Shown in pieces: positions 56,712 through 64,000 of a DNA stretch of 64,000 bases. The position numbers and the translations under genes are program-made. Each line of letters opens with the position of its first letter. The stretch's first letter is position 1. The notes beneath the pieces are model-generated. The model saw only the letters and a program-made list of their open reading frames with translations, was not told where the DNA came from and ran no database searches. Location of the stretch: the NCBI GenBank assembly GCA_965250045.1, contig OZ252286.1:2034355-2098354 (forward strand). The letters are read 5' to 3'. The stretch comes from Candidatus Marinacidobacterium sp. Lineage in GTDB: Bacteria; Acidobacteriota; Vicinamibacteria; Marinacidobacterales; Marinacidobacteraceae.

Positions 56712-59700
56712 ATGCGCAGGCGATTCCTTTCCTACCCCCTTCTCTTCCTCGCGGCGGCGCTGATGGCGGCCCCCGCCGCCGCCCAGCCCGACCCCGACGT
56801 GCTGGCGGCGATGCAATACCGCATGGTCGGCCCCTCGCGGGGCGGCCGGGTCACCGCGGTGGCGGGCCACCGCTCCCATCCCGGGACCTTCTACATGGGC
56901 GCTACCGGCGGCGGCGTCTGGAAGACCACGGACTACGGTCACAACTGGCGCCCGATCTCCGACGGCAACTTCAAGAGCCCCTCCATCGGCGCCATCGCGG
57001 TGGCGGACAGCGATCCGAACATCGTCTATGTGACGACCGGCTCCGACGGCCTGCGCAGCAACGTCATCATGGGGAAGGGGGTCTACCGGTCCGACGACGC
57101 CGGTAAGACCTGGCGGAGCCTCGGCCTCGAAGACACCGGCAACTCCGGCGCCGTCCTCATCCATCCGGAAGATCCCGATACCGCCTGGGTGGCGCAAATC
57201 GGGAATCCCTTCGCGGCGAACCCCGAGCGCGGGGTCTACCGCACGAAGGACGGCGGGGAGAACTGGGAGCTCGTGCTCTTCGTATCCGAGCAGACCGGGG
57301 CCGTGGACCTCGAGTTCAAGCCCGGCGACCCGAACACCATCTATGCCTCCACGTGGGAGGTCGAGAGGAAGCCCTGGACCATCCGCTCGGGGGGCATGGA
57401 AGGCGGCGTGCAGCGTTCGCGGGACGGCGGGGACACCTGGGAGAAGCTCGAGAACGGGCTCCCGCAAGGACTCCGCGGCAAATCGGACCTCGCGGTCTCG
57501 GCGGCCGATCCCTCCCGGGTCTACGTGCTCATCGAGGCGCCGGGCAACGAAGGCGGGGTGTTCCGCTCGGATGACGAGGGGGACACCTGGCGGCAGGTGA
57601 GCGACTTCCAGCCGATCCGGAACCGCCCCTTCTACTACAACAACCTCCACGCCGATCCGACCGATGCGGACACGCTGTGGGGCCTGGCCGAGGGCTACTT
57701 CAAGTCCACCGACGGCGGCGTCACCTGGGAGCGGAAGTTCACGCCCCACGGCGACAACCACGACCTCTGGGTCAACCCCGACAACCCGGACATCCAGATC
57801 CAGTCGAACGACGGCGGCGCGAACGTGACGATCGACGGCGGCGAAACCTGGTCCACCCAGGAAAACCAGCCGACCGCCGAGCTCTACCAGGTGGACGTGA
57901 GCGACGCCTTCCCCTACCGGCTCTACGCCGGCCAGCAGGACAACTCCACGATCTCGGTGCCGAGCTATCCGCCCCACTCCCGCCCCGGCGGCCACACCGC
58001 GCACTGGGAGGCGATCGGCGGCTGCGAGACCGGCCCCGCGGTCCCGAAGCCGGGAGATCCGGACGTGGTCTACGCGAACTGCAAGGGCCGTTTCGGCCTC
58101 TACAACATGCGGACCGGGCAGGAAGAGCAGTACTACGTCGGCTTCTGGAACATCTATGGGCATAACCCCAAGGACCTCCAGTACCGCTTCCAGCGGACGG
58201 TCCCGATCCACGTCTCGCCGCACGACCCCAACCGGGTCTTCCATGCCTCGCAATACGTCCACGTCACCGAAAACGGGGGACGCACCTGGCGCACCATTTC
58301 ACCCGATCTCACCGCCTTCACCGCGGAAACGCAGGTGGTTTCCGGCGACCCGATCACCCTCGACGTGACCGGTGAGGAGCACTTTGCGGTGCTCTACGAC
58401 GTCCAGGAATCCCCCCACGAGGAGGGAGTCGTCTGGGCGGGCGCGAACGACGGCCCCATCCACGTGACCCGCGACGGCGGCCGGACCTGGAAAGAGGTCA
58501 CCCCGCCCGAGCTCGGCCCCTACGGCAGGGTGCAGAACATCGAGGTTTCGCCCCACGACCCGGCGAAGGCGTACGCGGCGGTCCTGCGCTACCAGCTCGG
58601 CGACTCCACCCCGCACGCCTACCGGACGAACGACTACGGCGAGACCTGGACCCGCATCACCGACGGGACGAACGGGGTGCCGAACGACCACCCGGTGCGG
58701 GTGGTTCGCGAGGACCCGGACCGCGAGGGGCTGCTCTACCTCGGGACCGAGTGGGGCATGTTCATCTCGTTCGACGACGGTGCGAGCTGGACCTCCTTCC
58801 AGCAGAACCTTCCCCTGACCCCGATCACCGACATCAAGGTCGTCCAGCAGGACCTCGCCATCTCGACGATGGGGCGCAGCTTCTGGATCCTGGACGACGT
58901 CACCCCGCTGCACGAGGCGCCGCCCGCCGGCGAGACGCACCTCTTCCAGCCGCGCGACGAGATCCGGTTCCGCGCCGGGGGACGGGGCTTCGGCGCCCCG
59001 GCGCCGGCGGACCCCGAGTATCCGACGCCCGGCCCCCGGGTCACCTACCGGCTGGCCGCGGACGTGGACAGCGTGCGGATCGACGTCCGCGACGAGAACG
59101 GTGACCTGGTGCGGAGCTTCGAGAGCGCGGGTTCCGGTGAGGAGACCGCGATGACCCAGGAAATGCGCGCCCCCGGCATGATGAGGAGCGGCGCGCCGGC
59201 GGTGCCGGCGGGCGCCGGGGTCCACCGGTTCACCTGGGACATGCGGCACGACGGCGCCAGGGACGGCGAAGGCAACGTCTCGGGACGGGGCCCGCTGGCG
59301 GCGCCCGGCCGCTACACCGTGGAGCTGACCGCCGGCGGCAACACCATGGCCCGCAGCTTCCGGCTACGCATGGATCCCCGGATGGTGCAGGAAGGCTGGG
59401 TCACCGCGGAACACGTCCGCGACCAGGTCGCCCTCGCGCTGAAGGCCCGGGACGCGCTCTCGGAGGCCCGGATGGCGGCCGCCCGGCTGGAAGCGGCGAT
59501 GGAGAGCGGAAGCAGCGACGAACTCCAGGCGATCGACGAAGACCTGGTCACCCGCCCGGTCCGCTATTCGCAGCCGATGCTGGTGGACCAGCTCAGCTAT
59601 CTCGCCTCGAACCTGGATGGCGCCGACCAGCCACCCGGGCGGGACGCGATGGAGCGCTACGACGAGCTGCGCGGGCAGCTTGACGACATCCTGAAGCGCT

Positions 59701-59729
59701 TGTCCGACGCCGGCGTGGCCGGGGAGTAA
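56712..59729 (+). CDS. Secreted BNR/Asp-box repeat protein (sortilin/VPS10-like beta-propeller; glycosyl-hydrolase-like)
   Basis: Many S-x-D-x-G-x-T-W Asp-boxes (SDDAGKTW, TKDGGENW, SRDGGDTW, SDDEGDTW, STDGGVTW, TRDGGRTW, FDDGASW); signal peptide. Confidence 0.85.
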   Translation: MRRRFLSYPLLFLAAALMAAPAAAQPDPDVLAAMQYRMVGPSRGGRVTAVAGHRSHPGTFYMGATGGGVWKTTDYGHNWRPISDGNFKSPSIGAIAVADSDPNIVYVTTGSDGLRSNVIMGKGVYRSDDAGKTWRSLGLEDTGNSGAVLIHPEDPDTAWVAQIGNPFAANPERGVYRTKDGGENWELVLFVSEQTGAVDLEFKPGDPNTIYASTWEVERKPWTIRSGGMEGGVQRSRDGGDTWEKLENGLPQGLRGKSDLAVSAADPSRVYVLIEAPGNEGGVFRSDDEGDTWRQVSDFQPIRNRPFYYNNLHADPTDADTLWGLAEGYFKSTDGGVTWERKFTPHGDNHDLWVNPDNPDIQIQSNDGGANVTIDGGETWSTQENQPTAELYQVDVSDAFPYRLYAGQQDNSTISVPSYPPHSRPGGHTAHWEAIGGCETGPAVPKPGDPDVVYANCKGRFGLYNMRTGQEEQYYVGFWNIYGHNPKDLQYRFQRTVPIHVSPHDPNRVFHASQYVHVTENGGRTWRTISPDLTAFTAETQVVSGDPITLDVTGEEHFAVLYDVQESPHEEGVVWAGANDGPIHVTRDGGRTWKEVTPPELGPYGRVQNIEVSPHDPAKAYAAVLRYQLGDSTPHAYRTNDYGETWTRITDGTNGVPNDHPVRVVREDPDREGLLYLGTEWGMFISFDDGASWTSFQQNLPLTPITDIKVVQQDLAISTMGRSFWILDDVTPLHEAPPAGETHLFQPRDEIRFRAGGRGFGAPAPADPEYPTPGPRVTYRLAADVDSVRIDVRDENGDLVRSFESAGSGEETAMTQEMRAPGMMRSGAPAVPAGAGVHRFTWDMRHDGARDGEGNVSGRGPLAAPGRYTVELTAGGNTMARSFRLRMDPRMVQEGWVTAEHVRDQVALALKARDALSEARMAAARLEAAMESGSSDELQAIDEDLVTRPVRYSQPMLVDQLSYLASNLDGADQPPGRDAMERYDELRGQLDDILKRLSDAGVAGE

Positions 59730-59739
59730 GCGGGTCCCG

Positions 59740-60984
59740 ATGAACAGCGGCGAGCCGCAGCTCCGTATCAACGGTCCCCGCCTGCTGGACTCGCTCGCCC
59801 GGCTCGCGGAAATCGGCGCCACCCCCGAGGGTGGCGCCGAGCGGCTGGCCTTTACGGCCGAGGACGGTGCGGGCCGCGATCTGGTCCGCTCGTGGATGGA
59901 AGACACCGGGCTCCAGGTCCGGGTGGACGGGATCGGGAACATCATCGGCCGGCGGGCCGGGGACGATCCGGACGCTGCCCCGGTGATGCTCGGATCCCAC
60001 ATCGACACGGTCGGGAACGGCGGCCGCTACGACGGGAACCTGGGAGTGCTGGCGGCGCTCGAGGTCGCGCGCACGCTGAACGATGGGGGCGTCCGCACCC
60101 GCCGTCCCCTGGAGGTCGCGATCTTTTCCAACGAAGAGGGCTCGCGCTACCACCCCGACATGCTGGGGAGCCTCGTCTATTCCGGTGGGCTCGACCTCGA
60201 GACCGCCTGGGCGCTCCGGAGCCCCGACGGGACGCGGACGCTCAAGGAGGAGCTGGAGGCCATCGGTTACCTCGGGGATGCACCGTTGCCTGGCCCGGTT
60301 CCGGCGGCCTACGCCGAACTCCATATCGAGCAGGGGCCCGTGCTCGAGGCGGAAAGTATCGACTTCGGCGCGGTGACCGGCGTCCAGGGCATCCTGTGGG
60401 AGGAGATCACCCTCACCGGGGCGTCGAATCATGCCGGGACGACCCCCATGAAATTCCGCCACGACACGGGGGTGGTCGCGGCGGAAGCCGTGCTGTTGGC
60501 CAGGAAGCTGACCCGGGAAATACCAGGCCAGGTAGCGACCGTCGGCCGGATGTCGTTCGCCCCCGGCCTCACGAACGTGGTGCCCGGCCGGGCGGTGCTC
60601 ACGTTGGACATCCGAAATCCCGATCCCTCCCGGCTCCTCCGCGCCGAGGAGGAGTTCTTCGCCGGGCTCGGCGCGGCGGCCGAGCGTGAGGGAGTCCGGG
60701 TGGCGCGGCGGGAACTCGCCCGCTTCGGCCCCGCGGTGTTCGACGAACGCGTCATCTCGCTCGTCGAGGGGGCGGCCGCAGCGCTCGGAGGATCCTGCCG
60801 AAGGATGCCCTCGGGTGCCGGACACGACGCCCAGATGCTCTCCCGGGTCTGCCCCACGGGGATGATCTTCGTGCCGTCGGTGGACGGGATCAGCCACAGC
60901 CCGAAGGAGTTCACCCGCGACGAGCACGTCGCCGCCGGCGGGAACGCTCTGCTGCTGGTCGCCCTAAAACTCCTGAAGTCATAG
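59740..60984 (+). CDS. M20-family Zn-dependent amidohydrolase (allantoate amidohydrolase / N-carbamoyl-L-amino-acid hydrolase type)
   Basis: GSHIDTV, FSNEEGSRY, GAGHDAQ motifs. Confidence 0.85.
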   Translation: MNSGEPQLRINGPRLLDSLARLAEIGATPEGGAERLAFTAEDGAGRDLVRSWMEDTGLQVRVDGIGNIIGRRAGDDPDAAPVMLGSHIDTVGNGGRYDGNLGVLAALEVARTLNDGGVRTRRPLEVAIFSNEEGSRYHPDMLGSLVYSGGLDLETAWALRSPDGTRTLKEELEAIGYLGDAPLPGPVPAAYAELHIEQGPVLEAESIDFGAVTGVQGILWEEITLTGASNHAGTTPMKFRHDTGVVAAEAVLLARKLTREIPGQVATVGRMSFAPGLTNVVPGRAVLTLDIRNPDPSRLLRAEEEFFAGLGAAAEREGVRVARRELARFGPAVFDERVISLVEGAAAALGGSCRRMPSGAGHDAQMLSRVCPTGMIFVPSVDGISHSPKEFTRDEHVAAGGNALLLVALKLLKS

Positions 60985-61098
60985 TTTTCCGGTGTTGTTA
61001 GATCCCATTGCGACTCGCAACCCGGCGTTCACGAAATAGCAACCATGTGATAGCGTTTCTTTGCCAATTGAGGCGCCAGGAGGCTTAGAGGGGGGACC

Positions 61099-61392
61099 AT
61101 GGCAGGCAAGATAGATGTTGCCAAAGCGCTCGCCGTGAAACACGGCGTCAAGTACAACCGTGGGAAGGGTCCCGACATCCGGACGGACAAGATCACCATC
61201 AACGTCGAGACGGCGCGCACCCTGCGTACCGCGTGCGGCAGGCTCCGTGGTTTCCGGGGTCCCGTGTACGTGGCTTGCGCAAACGACGCCGACATCGAAA
61301 ACGCCAAGGGCATCATCGTGGGAAAGACCGTCGGCCTCATGAACAACAAGGGCCGCATCCTCAAGAAATCCACCCGCGGCCGCTGGCCCTGA
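61099..61392 (+). CDS. Small basic hypothetical protein (97 aa)
   Basis: Good RBS CCAGGAGG and ATG; no recognisable motif; GC ~60%. Confidence 0.45.
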   Translation: MAGKIDVAKALAVKHGVKYNRGKGPDIRTDKITINVETARTLRTACGRLRGFRGPVYVACANDADIENAKGIIVGKTVGLMNNKGRILKKSTRGRWP

Positions 61393-61469
61393 CGTCGAGC
61401 GGTCCGGAAGGGGGGCGCCGATCCCCTTTGGTGGTTCGTTATTCGTTTGTTCGAAGGTGAGCCCCCCTT

Positions 61470-61643
61470 CCGAACCGCCCGGCGCTTCGCGCCGGCAATC
61501 GAAACTCCCTTGCGCGCCTTCGGCGCGCGGCGGCGAGTTCCGATTGGTCGCTGCCTTTTTGTGAAAGGGGGGCGGTAGCCCCCCTTTCACACTTTCCCCC
61601 CGAACACGCGGGCAGCGAACGGAGTTCGCTGCCATTGTTTTTT
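61470..61643 (+). repeat. Family-C structured repeat (copy 3)
   Basis: Near-identical to 6902..7069, including TGTGAAAGGGGGGCGGTAGCCCCCCTTTCACAC and the terminal hairpin + T-run. Confidence 0.6.
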
Positions 61644-61734
61644 ACGCGCTCGGCTAACCGCCGCCCACACAAGGTGGCGCCGTCGGTACGGGAACGCCGC
61701 CCCAGACCGATACGGTGGCGCGTAGGCGCGGGAA

Positions 61735-61923
61735 CGCCGCCCTCCGGGCAGTTCTCCCGGTGGGGCCCGGCACAGCCCGCCGCAGGCGGGCGGCAGGGAG
61801 GGACCCCGAGTTCGGGGGTGGCTCGCCTCTCGGCCGGGACCCCGGCGTTCAGCGTCATCCGGACGGCTGCGTGGTACACGCCTTTCGCTGCGCTTCGCGC
61901 AGCGGTGCCGACCGGAGGTCGGC
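61735..61923. mobile_element. Family-A MITE (copy near-identical to 49159..49340), preceded by a partial unit at 61695..61734
   Basis: Shared ~170-bp internal sequence and right TIR GTGCCGACCGGAGGTCGGCGTTCCC. Confidence 0.65.
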
Positions 61924-61990
61924 GTTCCCTTGCCCGGCCGCCACCCCCGGGCCCCGCTTGGTAGATTCCCACCCTGGCGGGGCGGCACCT

Positions 61991-64000
61991 TTGGCGAGCG
62001 ATACGGCAGCGGACGCACGCGGCCGGCTCTGGGTCTTCGGCCCGGCACAGGACCTCCTGCTGCTGATCGCCACCCCGATCCTGATCCTGCCTCTCGCCCT
62101 GCTCCTCGGGGGCAGGGAGACCGCTTACACGGTGGGACTCCTCGTCGCCGGATTCGGCGCCCTCGGCCACCACCTGCCCGGGATGATGCGGGCCTACGGG
62201 GACCGGGCGCTCTTTTCCCGCTTCCGCACGCGGTTCCTGGTCTCACCGCTGGTCTTCGCGGCGGTGGCCGTCGGCTTCGCCCTGAACGGGCTGAACGGCG
62301 TCTCCCTCATCGTGCTCCTCTGGGGGATCTGGCACGGAGCGCTGCAGGTCTACGGATTCCTCCGGATCTACGACGCCCGCGTTGGCGCGACCGAGCGCCT
62401 CACGGCGCGGCTCGACTTCGCCATGTGCGTCGGGTGGTTCGCCTTCGGGGTGCTCCACTCCCCCGGCCGGCTCGGAGAGCTGCTCGAACTCGGGTACGCG
62501 CTCGGCGCGCCCCTCCTCTCACCCGCCGTGTTCTTCGGTCTCCGGGACGCCTTCGACCTCGGCCTCTGGACCCTCAGTGCGGTCTTCGTTTTCCGCGCCG
62601 GCAGGGATCTGTTCGCGGGAAAGGGCCAGCACCCGATCAAGCTCCTCGTGGCCGCCATGTCCTTCGGTTTCTGGTGGTGGTGCTCGGTCCACGTGCCCTA
62701 CGCGGTGCTCGGCGTGGCCCTCTTCGAGGTCTTCCACGACGTCCAGTACCTCTCCATCGTCTGGGTGTTCAATCGGCGGCGGGCGCGGGAGCAGGACGCG
62801 GGCTTCTTCACCCGGGCCCTCTTCGGCGGCGGGCGCGCCATGCTGTTCGTCTACGTCGGGCTCGTGCTCGGCTACGGCCTCTTCCGGTTCATCCCCGAGG
62901 TGGCCGCGAGCCCCGCCGTGCAGCGCGGCGTGCTCGCGCTGGTGGCCGCCTCGACGATGCTCCACTTCTACTTCGACGGCTTCATCTGGAAGATCCGCGA
63001 GCAGAAGACCGGAGCGGCGCTTGGAATCCGGCGAGCTTCGGAGGCGGCGCCCGTCCAACCGGCCCCGAACCCCTGGCTCACGCCCCATGCGGTCAAGTGG
63101 ATCGGCCTCTTTTTCCTGCCCCTCGCGGTGCTCTTCGGCCTCGAACGCCGCGCCGCGGCCGCTCCCCTCCAGGAGCGCTACGAAAACCTCGCGACCCTCG
63201 TCCCGGAGAGCGCGGAGTTCCAGCACAACCTCGGCTTCGCCTACCGCGAGGCCGGCGACCTGGAGGCCGCCGAATCCCGCTACCGGCGCGCCATCGAAAT
63301 CGATCCCGAGTATCCGCGGGCCCACGCAAACCTCGGGATCGCGCTGCTTTCGCAGGGGGAGTGGGAGGCGGCGGCGGGCGCCCTGCGGCGCGCTCTCGCC
63401 CTCGACGACGAATACGCCGCCGCCCACCACAACCTCGGGTTCATTCAGGAACGGGTGGGGGCGCGCCTGGAGGCGGAACGCCACTACCGCCGCGCCATCG
63501 AGCTGGACCCCTCCCTGGTGGAACCGCGGCTGGGCCATGCACGCATGCTGCTCGCCGCGGATGACGGCGCGGGCGCCGAGGCGGTCCTCAGGCAAGCGCT
63601 CGAAGTGGACCCACGCCTCGCGGAGGCGCACCGCAACCTCGGCCTGATCCTGGCCGGGCGCGGGGAGCACGCCGAGGCGGTTGCCCATCTCGACATCTCC
63701 CTCGCAGCCGTCCCCGACGATCCGGCGGCGCTCGAGACCGCCGGCTGGATCCTCGCGGTCTCCACCGAGGTGCGGGATCCCGGACGCGCGGTCCGCTACG
63801 CCGGCCGGGCCTCCGAGTTGGCGCGGCATATGAACCCTTCGGCCGCCGACACCCTGGGGGCGGCGCTCGCCGCCGCCGGAGATTTCGAGGCAGCGCTCAC
63901 CGCTGCGCGAACCGCCGAGGCCCTGGCCCTCGATGCGGGGAATCCGGGCCTCGCGCGCGAGATCGCCGGCCGGATCGCGCTCTACGAGGCGGGCCGTGCC
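61991..64000 (+). CDS. Polytopic membrane protein with C-terminal TPR repeats (3'-partial; runs off the window)
   Basis: Frame 2 is open from ~61958 to the window end and so is absent from the ORF track; N-terminal ~330 aa hydrophobic (LLLIATPILILPLALLLGG...), C-terminus has >=6 TPR-like units (AHANLGIALLSQGEWEAA, AHHNLGFIQERVG, AHRNLGLILAGRGEHAEA); TTG 61991 start uncertain. Confidence 0.6.
   Translation, partial: MASDTAADARGRLWVFGPAQDLLLLIATPILILPLALLLGGRETAYTVGLLVAGFGALGHHLPGMMRAYGDRALFSRFRTRFLVSPLVFAAVAVGFALNGLNGVSLIVLLWGIWHGALQVYGFLRIYDARVGATERLTARLDFAMCVGWFAFGVLHSPGRLGELLELGYALGAPLLSPAVFFGLRDAFDLGLWTLSAVFVFRAGRDLFAGKGQHPIKLLVAAMSFGFWWWCSVHVPYAVLGVALFEVFHDVQYLSIVWVFNRRRAREQDAGFFTRALFGGGRAMLFVYVGLVLGYGLFRFIPEVAASPAVQRGVLALVAASTMLHFYFDGFIWKIREQKTGAALGIRRASEAAPVQPAPNPWLTPHAVKWIGLFFLPLAVLFGLERRAAAAPLQERYENLATLVPESAEFQHNLGFAYREAGDLEAAESRYRRAIEIDPEYPRAHANLGIALLSQGEWEAAAGALRRALALDDEYAAAHHNLGFIQERVGARLEAERHYRRAIELDPSLVEPRLGHARMLLAADDGAGAEAVLRQALEVDPRLAEAHRNLGLILAGRGEHAEAVAHLDISLAAVPDDPAALETAGWILAVSTEVRDPGRAVRYAGRASELARHMNPSAADTLGAALAAAGDFEAALTAARTAEALALDAGNPGLAREIAGRIALYEAGRA

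Overview
High-GC (~70%) bacterial chromosomal segment; all calls are read by eye from the sequence and ORF track, with no database search run. Mostly housekeeping genes on the + strand: a partial coaBC 3' end, a family-4 uracil-DNA glycosylase, priA, two HU/IHF-like genes flanking der, a MerR-type regulator, two tRNA-Pro genes, gcvT-gcvH-gcvP, a nitrilase-family gene, a five-gene cluster creatininase-like / class-V aminotransferase / thyA / folA / ridA, gamma-glutamyltranspeptidase, an ECF sigma / anti-sigma / PDZ trio, a BNR-repeat protein and an M20 amidohydrolase. On the minus strand: a pair of M16 peptidases, an argR-argC-argD-argF-argB operon, a DUF4143 AAA ATPase and a class A beta-lactamase. 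Secreted proteases (S8 subtilisin with probable autotransporter beta-domain, a metzincin) sit next to paralogous lipoproteins that carry Pro-rich linkers after the lipobox and lie in lower-GC (~60%) blocks. Two features stand out. (1) Intergenic DNA is saturated with three families of MITE/REP-like repeats (A, B, C), including copies inside gcv operon spacers and at a segmental-duplication junction. (2) A ~50% GC single-gene island (50830-52100) encodes an HTH / RsbW-like GHKL kinase / STAS (DUF4325-like) fusion with repeated GGTTGACAAT upstream motifs; this is the best candidate here for an undescribed self-contained regulatory or defence module. Long GC-driven antisense ORFs in the track are judged spurious.
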